In this document: positions 36,701-49,077 of the stretch, piece after piece
Layout: every line of letters begins with the position of its first letter
Numbering within the stretch: position 1 is the first letter of the stretch
Assembly: GCA_036172245.1 (NCBI GenBank)
Contig: JAYWIR010000024.1
Location: 3,038,001-3,102,000 of the forward strand
Direction of reading: 5' to 3'
DNA length: 64,000 bases
DNA from: Raillietiella orientalis
Lineage: Eukaryota
The notes under the pieces: generated by a model
What the model saw: only the letters and a program-made list of their open reading frames with translations
Databases searched by the model: none
Told to the model about the DNA's origin: nothing
Made by a program: the position numbers and the translations under genes

Positions 36701-39434
36701 TACAACAAATGCCACCAATTTCTCAAGTCCAAAATTCCCAACAGCCAGTTTTTTTTCTCCCCAGATTTCTTGAGTGAAAATTTACATAGAGAAATTGCCA
36801 TCAAAAGTTTCACATGAGCACGAGTGGTGGCCTCTATTTTCTCCGGTCAGTTATCTTCCTCTGGTTGCCAGGTGCTGGAGGTGGGTTCAAGGAAAAATGG
36901 ATGAAAGATTTAGAAAAACAAGTTTCTTCTCTCAAACGACTGTTGCCTTCACAGAACACGAAGTAATAAACGGTTGCGGAGAGGAAGCAAAGCTGTCAGA
37001 ACTTTAAACAAAGCTTTAATAATCCTCCATTTCTCAACTGGACCGAATTTAAAGGAAAAAAGAAATTCCAAGGAGTTTTCAAAATCCATCCCGGAAAAGT
37101 CTCCAGGGAGGCACGGGAAAAACGCCGAGGGCAGCATGAGGCTGGACGTTTCTAGTTTCCCACGGATAACCTAGAACGTTCCAGCCTTCGAGAGGGCATT
37201 ACGTGTCCATTAGCTGATACTCCTGCTTGTGCTTCGCCACCGCAAGTTTTCGCATCGGATTTTTTTGAAACGGCCAGCAAGAATTTTTTGCCTTTGTTTC
37301 CCGTTATTCAGTTGCCCTTCGCTGTGAATCTCTCTATTCGAATCTCACTGAATCATCCATGCAGTGATGATCGTTCTATGAAGTCCACTGGAGCACCGGG
37401 CTGGTCAAGCACGATAACACCATGCGGTTTGTTCTTTCATCTAGGGTTGCTCTTGCTATAGACAGCAATCCTGGACTGATCATCATGATCTTTTGTTTAG
37501 AAAGCTCTGCCCTCTCATTCGAGACCTCAGAAAACATAGCATATCGGTAATACATCTTCAGCAGGGAAGAAAATTCATGAAGGAACAAATGCTTCCAGAA
37601 CCAAACTCAGTCAGGTGTCTCGGCGACCTCATCAACGCAACTTTTACACCATTAACATCTTTCGTAGGAAGGCTTCTCTAGCTCTCGAAAATCATTCTTT
37701 CAGAAAATGTTGCTCGGCGTCTAAGGATCCAGGGAGACGATCCACAGCCATCTCTTTCACGGAACATGCTTATGCAAAGAAGGCATTTCCGCCTACCGTC
37801 ATTGCGAGGGAAAAAAAAAACGAAGAGAAGAGAATTTTGAAAAACTACGACTCTTTGATTCGTCTTTTTTTTTTTTGTTACCTCCTACGCTTTTGCTGGT
37901 TTCACTTTTATTCCTGTTGGCTTTTATTTTTTCAATAAATGGTGGCGGTCATTCTCTTGTGCTTATAATCGCCCACATCCCTATATCCGTCCGATGAGCA
38001 AACAAAGGAATCATTTGTGCCCTGAGGATAGGATGAGCTCGTTTCTCGTCTTATGAGAGTTCTCTTTGAGGTCAGCGGGTCAGCATTGGTTCGACGAAGA
38101 GCTTGAGACCTTGTGAGCAAGCTAAAGACAGTTTACACTACTTGAACTGCTTCTGCTGCGAAAGAAGATGGAACCATCGAGTTCCTATCCTCGGAAGAAA
38201 AGATAGGCTGATTAAAGCTCTTTACTGGGAGCTACTCCCTGAAAAAGCGAAGCCATGGTACACTTGTCAAGAATCCTGAAGGATTCCTTTCAGAACGATA
38301 ACCCATTCGGTCTATCGTGCCTAAAGGACCTTGGATACGGATGCAGTTGGACCCAATATGATCGCGGAATCTTCAACAGTTTCCATTGAAACATGTTGCA
38401 GGCTTGATGGCAACCCAGCAGTATGATGCAGCTGTTTCACGATTCATTGAGACCACCTGGTCAGTCGGTCGATCGACGTGCACACATTGGTGGCAGCAAC
38501 AACTTCAAACTCTGTGGAATGCTCTCGTCGACCTATGGAGCGCCAGCATTTGGATTTCCATGCCATAAGGCGTCGGAAACAAACTGCGTCCTCAAGTTGA
38601 GAGCACTTCTTGTCTTTTTGTAATCTTCTCTGTCTAGAACAGTGCAAGAACAGTTTTGCACGATAAGAACTAAGCAGCAAAGCTGCAAACGGCGCACGAG
38701 CCGGGGCTTCTACGGAAAAATGCCAACTTCTAACAACATTTAGCAAGTGCTAAGATTGTGGTGCAAGTGGTTCTGACACGTTGATTCCATCTAGTGGAAT
38801 TGACTGTTTCTCCTGCCGCCGCTAGAACCTCTAGATGGCTGCAGCCTTTGGTAGTTCTAGAGCTGGCAGTTCTGGATTTGAGTTTTTTTTTGTAGTCGAG
38901 TGACAGTTTTTAGTTTTCTTTGACACTTGGTCTTTTCGGACCAGTCATGTGACCTATGCTGGAATTGACCGGGAAGAAGAAAAGGGAGAAGCGATCCCTG
39001 ATGGAGGTTGTGAAATCCAGGAGGATGAAGTCTCCTGAGTTGCTGAGCATTGCAGCAGAACCAAACTGGTTGCTTAGAATGGAGCTCGACCTGACTGTCT
39101 GCGTAGATTTGTTCCCGGGATTTCCCCCTACTGGCTGCCGGGAGCTGAGCACCCCTTACTGGCCTCTTTCGGCGGTAAATAACGACCAGTTTCTTTCGCC
39201 ATCGGACCTAAGCAAAGGGACGCGTCCTGTCCTGGAAGCAGAGGAAGGAGAAGAGAATCATCTCAACCATGAACTTTGACTCCCCGTGACGATACGCTTG
39301 CAACTTCAAACTCATCCTTGGTCCGCAGAAAGGTTTTGCATGCATGAAAGACTTTCCTGAGGGCCGATACAGCAACAACCTTCGAACACGGAACGGTTCT
39401 TAGTTCGCCTCCACTTCCATGTTAGGCCAGCCTC

Positions 39435-40915
39435 CATGTTGGCGGCCTCGCGGCTGAGGTCTCCGCGCGTGGCACCGCGCGTTGAGGGTTCGAATGCCCA
39501 CGTGAAAATGGCTGAGAAAGGGGTGAGTCGGTGGGTTTCGAGTCTCCCCCGCAAGATGATGCTGGTTCGCCAGTAGGTTTTGGGGGAGGCGCTCAGGTCA
39601 CGCCGGGGCGTTTATTTATAAAAAATAAACGTCTGTCAGGACGTGTGATCCTGCCACGTTACTTACGAATACGAAAAGGTACCTGCCAGGATCTGGCACG
39701 CAGGTCAGCGGGGTTCGCCTCGGCAGCACAGGGGATGGGGACACAAACAAAAAGAAAAGAATAAAACAAAAAACATACAGGCGGAAAAAAAGGGAGGAGG
39801 GGTTCAGAAAGGGATCACTGTGTGCTGGAGAGTGTCCTATGCATCCTTGTAAGGATTCCGGCCAGTTCCTGTTTCAAGACTCCCAGATGGGGCCATCTTG
39901 ACGCTGTCCTCACGGAGAGGACAGCCAAAAAGATGGCATCCCTGTCGTTCTGGCCTCATCTGGCGTTGCTCCATGCAGCCATGGTCCCGTAGCGTAAGCA
40001 GCGCAATGCTGCTGGGGATGCGGCCGGCGTGTGCAAGAAGAGGAAGAGGCGCTTTAAAACGTTTCTGGGGTTGTCTCCCGGGGGTGCCAGCGTGGCAACA
40101 AAGCCCCCCTCAAAGGGGCCAGAGGGCAACACAGTCCACTAGGAGGTGCGGGCGGGATTCTCGCTTGCCGCACTTTGCACAGTTTGGATTCACACACTAC
40201 CGTGTCCACAGATGCCAGCGGGCGTTGCACAGGAGACCCCAGTGCAGCGGCATCAATGCTGACTCCTGTCACTTTAAGAGGGTGCGGCAGCAGAGCTGAA
40301 GGAAGCCCCTGTTGACTGCTCGGGATTGGAATTTGACCCTCCGGGTCATGTAACGGAATGGAACTCCTTGAGTCATGGAAGGACTCCGCAAGAGCCCTCC
40401 TTCCAAGAATCAAGGAGTCGGCTTTCTTCTGGGTTCTCCCTCCAGTTGTGAAAGAGTAGTCTTTAATCTTGTTGGAGCTGGTGGATCGATACCTCTCCAG
40501 AGTGGAAGAAGCGCGCTGCCTCCTTCCGGGAGCGACCCTTCAATGATTCGTCCCTTCGAGGTTCTCTTCAGAGGAGGATGCAAGGAGCCGTTCCCTTGCA
40601 GGTTCCCTCCGGAGAAGAAATTCAGGATCGCGGACCCTTTCCGTGTTTCCTTCGGCTGGAGAGAAATGGATGACCCCCTCTGGGAAACCTCTCCGGAGAG
40701 AATGAGGTGGAGGTCTTTTCCGTGTTTCCCTATTAAGCATGAGAGGAACGGAATCCTTCGTTCGGAACCTAACTGGATTACTGGATTCATAGGATGGTCT
40801 CCTCGCGGGGTGCCCCCTATAACTTGAAGAGTTTCAGGCACCCTTGAATGGCGTGAGCAGTGTTTGAAGAGTTTCGTGAGCCACCTCTAAGAAGGCTCAC
40901 GGTTCTTCAGCACTC
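39435..40915 (+). mobile_element. tRNA-headed SINE-like repeat, copy S4, split by LINE copy F (head ~39435-39596, body ~40300-40915)
   Basis: B box GGTTCGAATGC at 39487-39497. The body resumes after the LINE with gaccctccggg...cttccaagaatcaaggag...ggaacctaactggatt. Confidence 0.72.
39597..40290 (-). mobile_element. L1/Tx1-like LINE 3' fragment, copy F
   Basis: Degenerate zf-RVT region (sense tgtgcaaagtgcggcaagcgagaatcccgcccgcacctcctagtggactgt). Family 3' end aataaacgccccggc. Confidence 0.82.
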
Positions 40916-40929
40916 CGATTTAAAAGGTT

Positions 40930-41498
40930 GTAGATTATGTCGTTGTCCTCCGACCCCTCTGGGAACACTTTGCCGCGTCCCTAGGAACTCCGGGGCGGCA
41001 ACTCCAGGGAGGCATCGAGACCTCTCCTCGTCCGCGACGCACTTCGGCCGGCAGCCTCGTTAGCAGCCCTCTGCTGCCTATGTGGGTTCGTCGCAGTCTG
41101 GAGCGGCGCAAGGGGAGGGAAGAGCGACAGGGGTGCCACATCCATTTCACCGTCCGATTCATGAGGACGGCGAAGAGATGGCCCCACCTGAACGGCACTA
41201 TCCAGCAAGACCTTGCTGGTATCCTCGAAAGGATGCAGAGGACCGCCCCCAGCAGGACGTGATCCCTTCCTGCATCCCCTCCTTCTCTGAATTTATTTAT
41301 TTACTTTTATTTTTGTTTCTTTTTTTCCTTCTTTCGCTCGCCCCCTCTCCTCTGCTGCTTGGAGCACCTCACCGGTCAGCGTACCGATGACACAGCAGGC
41401 TTCCGAAAAAATTGCACGTGGCTGAACCATCAGTCCAACCATAGAGACTGATTTTTTTCTATATGAAATGAACGCCCAGGGCGCACCCGGGTGAGAAT
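40930..41498 (+). mobile_element. L1/Tx1-like LINE 3' fragment, copy G
   Basis: RFMRTAKRWPHLNGTIQQDLAGILERM matches RFLRTAARWSHLGHMRTELAGILERM of copy A. Ends gcccagggcgcacccgggtgagaa. Confidence 0.82.
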
Positions 41499-42479
41499 CA
41501 ATTAAAAAGGCTCAGCTTTCGTGAGTCTGGTCAGCAGAGCCTCTTTGTTTCGAGCTTACAAGGACTAGATGACAGACTGACGAGGAGTTGCTATGAATGA
41601 CGAACCGGTACCTTTAAGCCACCGTGTCATCATTTTGTCACATGAGAGACACTGTTGAACGCCTTCCGATTCCTTACCGATACAACGTACGTTTACAGCG
41701 TGTACACGAAGTAGTCGATGCACATTCGTTAGCGCAAGATCCGGATCTCCATTGTTCGCCCCCCTCCTTCCCCCCAAGCATGTCCGGAAAAGCTCTACAC
41801 TCGCATCCCCGATGCAAATGCTTGCCCACAGGAGCGCTGCTCTGCCCGGTCTTCCCCACCGCACGTGGTAACTGGACATCTGGAGCTAAGGTGAGGTCCG
41901 AAAACCGCGAGGCCACAGTGGTCGTGGCTCGAAAATCATGGATCTCTTTCTTAGAGGGGATACACACCCTGGGGAAAATCGGTGCAAGAGACCAGGGAGG
42001 AATGTGCACTGAGGGCACAATCATCTGAGGTTTCTCCGAGGATGTGACTCGAGCCTCAGGGCGACGAGAACAGTCCGGGCTCGGCTCCCCGTCCGCCGTG
42101 CGTGCTTCCCTCATCACCCTCCGTCACTCCCCGAGAGGTGGGGCGGCGAGGAAGACCACCAGGTGACCTCCTCCCAGAAGAGCAACTGGAGAACAGCTGC
42201 AAGAAGTGCGAATCTACGTCTGAGGCGCGCGCTCGTGCCCTAGGGCGGCAAGGAGGCACTTGGCGCTCCTTCGTCGAGAAGCATCCAGACGGAAGGGCAG
42301 CCACGCCTTGCGTTCGGCGGCGCCGCCATGCCCTCCAGCTGCTCGCTGCGTGCCGGGGACCACCTGCGGTTCCCAAGGCGACTCGCTGCTGGTACGGGGC
42401 GGTGCCCGCAGGAAGCGTTGCGGGTCAAACGCTCGGCAGGTGCTCGGTCTGACGCTGTTCCACGTCACCCAAGGTAGCG

Positions 42480-43150
42480 TCACCCGTGGAACGCTTCACG
42501 ATTTTGCGCGTCGTAACCCTTCAAGTTATAGGGGGTACCCCGGGAGAGGAGCGCCCTGTGAATTCAGGAAAGGTTCCAGGGAAGGGAGCCCGTTCCTCTC
42601 ACGCCTGGGGAGGGATCCCCGAAGGGAACCCTTCACCCTGGTTGCTCTGAAGGAACCTCCGAAGGGGTCCTCTTCATTTTTTCTTCTCCGAAGGGCAAGG
42701 GAACCCGGAAAGGATCCACTCCCTATTTTCTTCTTCCTCTGAAGAGAACCCCGAAGGGACTCTTCCGAAGTTTCTCAGAAGGGCACTCCCCGAAGGGAGT
42801 GGCACACTTCTCTGCACTCTCTGGAGAGACGATGACACACCTACTCCTAGGAGGAGTGCCCCCGAAGGGAGGGGGTCTGTTCCTTTGCACAGCCGAAGAG
42901 GAACTCCCACTTCTTGATTCCTGGAAGGACCCGCAGGTCGACTCCCATTGTCCTGGCTCTTATCGGGGGCATCCTGTTGGAACCGCTACCAGTGCCGCAC
43001 ACGAATGAATGGAGGCCAACCAGCGCCATCTTGCGGAGGGAACTCGAAACCCACCGACTCACTCGTTTCTCTGACGTCAATCCTTTCCGGGTGGGATTCG
43101 AACCCAGGACGCTGGGTGCCACGCTCCGAGACCTTAACCTCATGGCCTTC
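42480..43150 (-). mobile_element. tRNA-headed SINE-like repeat, copy S5
   Basis: Sense head ggccatgaggttaaggtctcggagcgtggcacccagcgtcctGGGTTCGAATCCCAccc, with a perfect B box at 43094-43104 and a T-stem. Confidence 0.78.
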
Positions 43151-43454
43151 AGCGATGCGCCTGGAACCCGCCCTCAGCCGTTAGATGCGTAGTTCCGCCA
43201 TCATCGAGAAGGGCCATGACCCAGGGACACGAAGTTTCGCAGCTCCGTGCCGCCTCCGCGGCACAATCAAGGAGTGCAGCCCAACGGGGACAGGACTGCG
43301 GGGAAGCCACTCCCATGATGGCCTCCATTTTAAAGGGAGCGGAGGCCAAGATGGTCCCCACCATAGTGGACGCAAAAGGAGGAGCCTGCAAGCATCCCTT
43401 GTTGGACTCAGAGGATCTCAGGAGAGCACCAGTGACGACCTTTTCACCCCGCAG

Positions 43455-44043
43455 TTGAGTGCTGCAGGAGCAGGAACGGGAATCCCTCCCACATCTGCTC
43501 GTAGACTGTTTCACATCCACCAGGAGGGTGCAGCTGATTACACTGACCGCCCCTGTGGTTGCCCTTGGTGCACCGACCGATAATCCCAGGGATGTGATGA
43601 AGCGTTTCTTCGTGCGCGAAGCCCCACGCATCCCCAGCAGCTCTTTTCTTCCTACATGGGATTGTGGAGCTACGCGATAGGAGGACAGCGCGATGGGGAC
43701 ACTATCTGCTTTGCCCTGCACTTCCTGCGGACGGCCGCAAGATGACCCCACCTGGGGCATACTCGGGTGGAGCTTGCCGTCATCCTGGGAAGATGATGTG
43801 GATGCCCTCCAGTGGACAGTGATCCCTTCCCTAACCCTCTGATTTTTTTGTATATATTTTTTTGTTTTATTCTTATTTTTGTTTGCCTCCTCCTCCCTCC
43901 TCTGCCGAGACGAAACTTGCCGGCCTGCGTGCCGGTTACTCGGCAGATTCCGAGCATTTACGGACAACGTGGGGCCGATGGCCTTATACATGTATGTTTA
44001 TTACTTTCAATAATAGACTTCCTGGCGTGATCGAGTGTTAACC
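43455..44043 (+). mobile_element. L1/Tx1-like LINE 3' fragment, copy H
   Basis: ERESLPHLLVDC...VALGAPTDNPRDVMKRFF. Probable TSD CACCCC(G/A)CAG at 43445-43454 and 44044-44053. Confidence 0.85.
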
Positions 44044-45347
44044 CACCCCACAGAAGGATAGCTTTCGTCTTTTGTCTTTGCTCGGCACCCCTTCTCTTCC
44101 GCCTCCGAGGAGCAGCTCGTCGACAATCCAGGAAGTCCAGAAAATTTCGGACTTTCGTTGTTGCATTCTCTGCATTCTTCTTTTTTTTCTTCAAATTCCT
44201 CCTGTGTTCCCTGTGAATTTGCAGCAGATGCCCAGCGTGACCTTATCATTCCGGACGGAAGGGTCGCCCGCTGGACGAGAAGGGATGAAATTTACACAGA
44301 TCGAGGAGAAGGACCGGCACGTCTAGACCAAAAGCCAAGGGAACTTCCCTTGCTTCAAACAGAACTGAATAGGCATGGAGAGAGAGTGGGGAGTACTGAG
44401 AAATAGGCGGGGATCGGGATGGATTGGTCTTACGGCGCTGTTCCGCGATCCCCTGCGATCGTGTAGGGAAGGGGCGGAAGGGTTATGCTCCCATGGTCAC
44501 CCGAGGGCTCCCCTTGTACCTCGCACCCGCCCACTTCAGCTCCCTTGGCATGCGGGCGGTAAAGATTGTGGACGGCTCTCGGGAAACCGCGGCCATGCCT
44601 TCCTCTGTTTCGGCGGTCAGCGTCGCCTGCACGTCGGCGAAGGGGCGGCCTGTTAATGCTGGGGAAGATGAGCGTTTCCTTCGAGCAGGTCTTGTGGGGA
44701 CCAGCGTTCGGGAAACCGAGGTGCCTCGACGATGCTCTTCCATCCCCTGGTGTGGAGGGAGGGTCTCCGCTAGCCCGCAGTGGAGGGAGGGCATTCCTTG
44801 GGCATTCTCCCCGCTAAGGCCTGTTGGAGTTCCTCGGTTCGGGGGAGGGCTCAGTGCCACCGGCGAGGTGGTGGCTGGTCTTCTGGTGGAGGCTTGTCGG
44901 AGAGACAGGAGGAGCACGCTGCCGACGCCATAGAGGAAGCCACTCAGGCGTGCTGCGAACCGCTGGCCGGCAAGCCCCAGGGGCTGCTCGGGAGTCCAAC
45001 CAGAGGACCACGGCCAAACGGGAGTGGACCATCCTTCTTCTTCGGCGTTAGAGGAGGCAACCTGGCTGGTGGTGGGGGATCCCAGGATCCGAAGAACGAA
45101 GACGAATGGATCGGAAGAATTGGTCCCGGTGAGCTGTACCTGCCGAGCGGCGGAAGATTCCTGAGCGGGGGAGAGGGTGGGAGTAGGTGCAGCCTCCCAG
45201 TGTTTCCAAGCAACCGCTCCCAAGCCCGGCTGCTCAACGGATCCAGCTCCCTTTATCTCTGCTCCTCGTTCCTCTTTCCATTCCCACGCCTCTTCTCTCG
45301 CGCCGTCTTCCTCAGAAGCCTCCGGTCGACAATCCCCTATAATGATA

Positions 45348-46028
45348 ATCCTTTTGGGTCTTTCCGTTCCCGCTGCTTTCCTTCCAGATTTTTTCTTTTT
45401 GGGTTCGCCAATTACCGAAGAACCGTTCGTCTCCTTGGGGGGGACTCATGAAGCTCTTTTACAACCGTCCACTCCACCCAAGGATGCGTGTTAAGTTAGG
45501 AGGCAACCCCGTAGGACCACCCAATGGAATTAGGAAGGTCCCCGAAGAAGGAGTCTGTCCCTCTCTCACTCCTCGAAGGGAATCCCGAAGGGAACCTCTT
45601 CCTTGTTCTCTAAGGAGGGTACCTGCAAGGCAACCTCTCCCTGTTTCCTCCTTGAAGAGAACTCCGAAGGGAGCAGCGCACTTCTGTAGCGCTCTGGAGA
45701 TGCAGCCCCCCGAGGAGGGTTTCAACCAGCTACATGGAGCCAGAGATGGATCAACCAGAAGGCTCCATTTTGACAACCGAAGACAACCGGCTCCTTGGTT
45801 TTTGGGAGGGACCCCGGAGGGTGGACTTCCAATTCCGGTCGCTCAACAGGGCATCCGTTTCCAGATGCTTACTGCAGCGCCGCACCCGAAGACTACAGGC
45901 CAGCCAGCGCCATCCTGCGGGGAGGACTCGAAACCCGCGACGCACCCATTTCTGGGCGTGGATCCTCCACGTGGGGATTCGAACCACTTGGTACCACGCG
46001 TGGAGACTTTATCCACAAGGCCACCAAC
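45348..46028 (-). mobile_element. tRNA-headed SINE-like repeat, copy S6
   Basis: Sense head GGTGGCCTTGTGGATAAAG (A-box-like), then GGTTCGAATCC at 45975-45985. Body shared with S3. Confidence 0.8.
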
Positions 46029-46555
46029 GCGGTATCTTCTGCGACGCATCTGCGTTGCCAGGATGGGCAGTCAGAATCCGGATCGATCCATCGATGTGAC
46101 CATGGCTTGTTCTTCGTGACCGGTCAAGGTGCTTCTTCCACATCCTTTGCTTGTTTTTGTAACATCGTAGAACACGTAATAGATCACAGATGCTGTCATT
46201 TGCTTCCCTCGGCACCTCTAATATCCACTCTGTTTCCGACCTTTCTTCGTTGTCACGAGGAGGCCGCAGGCCCTAAATAGTCCTTCGAATCCTTCGCACC
46301 TCAAGGTCATCCTCCCTAATAAACGCTGCTGTTGCCACCTGCTCGTCCATTTGAATCACTCTCGTGTTCGAAATTCGCGAAACCCCTGCTCACTTTCGGA
46401 GGTTGTGGAGAATGATCTGCTGGTTCTCGGTCCCCCATCGCCTTGGATCAAGATCGGAGCGAAAGGAGAAATCGCACCCCTTGCGCACACGCAAAAAAGC
46501 ACGAAGAAGAGGGTGGTGGTGTGTGCCGACATCCAGCGCACCTGCGACATTTGCT

Positions 46556-47984
46556 TTCACACCCGGGTGGGCCGGGAAGTTTATTTTTGTAAAAAAACAA
46601 ACAAGCATGTGTAGGACCATTGCCCCTACAGCGTTCGATAAAAAACTCTGAACTTGCAGAGTAGCCAGAGCGCAGGTCGGCGAGTTCGACTCGGCAGCGG
46701 AGGGGGAAAGGACAAATAAAAACAAAAAAAGAAAACACTATTTACAAAAGCAGGGAGGGGTTAGGGAAGGGATCAGATTCCGCTGGAGTCGTCCTCTACA
46801 TCCTTTCCAGGATGCCGGCAAGTTCGGTCCGAATACGTCCCAGATGGGACCATCCGTCTGTCGTTCTCAGGAAGCGCAGGGCGGAGCAGATGATGTCCCT
46901 GTCGTTCAGTCCACCAGTGGCGGTGCTCCAGGCCGCCACAATCCCTCGTAGGCAGCAGAGGGCTGCAAGGGCTGCTGCAGGCCGAAGGGCGCCATGCACA
47001 GAGGCGCGTCAGAACGTCTCTAGGGTTGATCATGGGTGCTCCTAGGGCCGTTGCGAAACGCAACCACAGAGGCCGGAGGGCAACACAGTCAAGAAGCAGG
47101 TGCGGGAGGGTTTCCCGTTCCCCGCACCTGACACAATTTGGGTCCACAGCCCCCCTCGTCCAGTGAGATCGGCAGGCGTTGCTGGGGAGTCCCCAGTGCA
47201 ACACCAGGAACGCCGACTCCTGCCACTTCAGGGGGAGGGCCCGGGTAGTCTTCAGCACCGGGGGCCACTCGAGTACATCCATGGGGATGCTCAGCAGCTC
47301 GCTCCAGCGCAATAGTCCTTTCGGTGGGGCACTTGGGGTCGCAGTCTGCTGGTCCGTGGTCCAACCACCTTGTTGTTCCTTCTCTCTTGTTTCTTCTCTC
47401 TTCTTGAGATGCTACAACGGACCTGCCAATTGGCCGGCTGACTGCTGCCCAGGTGCTCCCTGAGGTAGGGCAGAGGCGCGGCAAGGGAGGTCCTCTCAGC
47501 CCACGCACTCGGGGTGGGCTGCACGATGAGGTCCTGAAGCGAGCGGCTGTTGTAAAAGGAGTGCAGCAGTCGCTGCCGCAACTCCGGGCTCGCTTCCTCG
47601 ATCTGGGCCCACGTGCGAAGGCTTTCCTGCAACCAGGAAGTACCGTTCGCGGGCCGACAGGAGATCGAGGTGTTCGTTCTGGTCAGCTTCGCCACTCGCC
47701 GAAGTGCCAGTCCGCAGTGGAACAGGTACCGGCGTTAGCGGCGCGCTAGGAAGGTAGACAGTCCCGCGCAGCCGCTGGCTCGCTGAACAAGGCGTCGTGC
47801 AGGCTCGCACCAGCTGGTGCTCCACAACTGCGCCACTGGGGCTAGCGTCCTGAACTGCAGCTTCAGTTCCAGCCGCTCCAGCGGGAGGAGGCCGAGGCCT
47901 CCCTCGAGACGCGGAGCACACAAGTCCTTCAGGTGGACTCGGGGCCTCCCTCTGCCCCAAAGGGCGATCCTCAGGAGGTCCTTC
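46556..47984 (-). mobile_element. L1/Tx1-like LINE, 5'-truncated copy I
   Basis: LRIALWGRGRPRVHLKDLCAPRLEGGLGLL ... NCVRCGERETLPHLLLDC. 12-bp TSD GCGACATTTGCT at 46544-46555 and 47985-47996. Confidence 0.93.
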
Positions 47985-48649
47985 GCGACATTTGCTGGGA
48001 AGAAGTCTTGGGTCAGCGGTCAAGATGATGAGCTGCCGGCGAGTCTTCGGCAGGCTAGGGGAATACCGAGACGCCCTCGTCTCCCCAAGCACTCGTTGTA
48101 GGATGATATTGGAGGTGAAGGCTGGAGCCCACGTTGGTCCTAGAATACCCCCTTGTTTCTTTGAGTGCCAAGCAGGAAAGCTACCACTTCCGTCCACCTT
48201 CCTGGAGAAATAAAGGACGTCTGAAGATGACGCTCTAGCAAACGCGGAGGTCGAGGCCTCTCTGTTGATCTCAACAACTGCTCAACAAAGAGTTCTCGAT
48301 CCCGAAGAAAACCTTGATGAAGGCCGTTGCTCCAGCCACTGGGTCTTCGTTGGCAACCTCTCCTGACTGTTGAAATTTTTCAGTTATAAATAGATGCCAC
48401 CAAAGAATGATTGACAACCGAATGTGCTCTTGCTGCGCAGCGCCTGTTTCTTTTTCTCTCCCTCCCCTCGACGTTTGCGGCAAGTGAGGGAAGAGGGAAT
48501 GAGAGGGGGGAGGAGAGAGAAAGGAGGTTTGTGAAGCCCCCCAGCATGCCCCGGGAGGCTGTTCTCGGGTACCTGGCTTTGGTCTGATCGGAGAGGGGAT
48601 GTCCGTGACGGCTCGTACTCGTCGGCAAGGCCGAGGTCACGAGGCTCGA

Positions 48650-48885
48650 GCGGAAGGGGCGAAGAGAAAGAAGGAAGACGAAGGCAGTGGTGGTGGAAGA
48701 GAAGAACGAAAACGTGAAGGAGGAGGGGAAGGAGGAGAAGCGAAAGGATCAGAACGAAGAGGAAGAGGAAGAAGAGGAAGGTGGAGGAGGGAAAGAATGA
48801 TGACGACGAAGAGGAGAAGGAAGAGGACGAAGAAGGAAGAATAAAAGGATAGTGACGAAGAGGGAAAGGAGGATGGTGAGGAAAA
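48650..48885. repeat. Purine-rich (GAA/GAG/GGA) low-complexity tract
   Basis: gaagaggaagaggaagaagaggaagg... runs. Confidence 0.8.
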
Positions 48886-49077
48886 CTTCTCTCGTTGCCC
48901 CAAGAGAACATTCCCAACTGCCGTGGTTGTTCTTTTTTTCTTCTTCTTCCTGGAGCGTTCTTGGCCAGAGGGAGTGTTGGTTATGGAAGCAAGAGAGCAG
49001 GCAAACAAGCGGTCCACGAGGATTGTCGTCCCCACCCCTGCCCTCGCCGCCTCTGTGCTTAACTGCAACAGCAGCAG

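Noticed and set aside
43085..43150. Functional tRNA genes at the GGTTCGAATCC sites
   Set aside because: No complete cloverleaf or acceptor stem; each is the head of a dispersed repeat.
44940..45050. PA14-like motif FAARLSGFLY on minus strand
   Set aside because: A single short motif; no downstream SDDG segment found.
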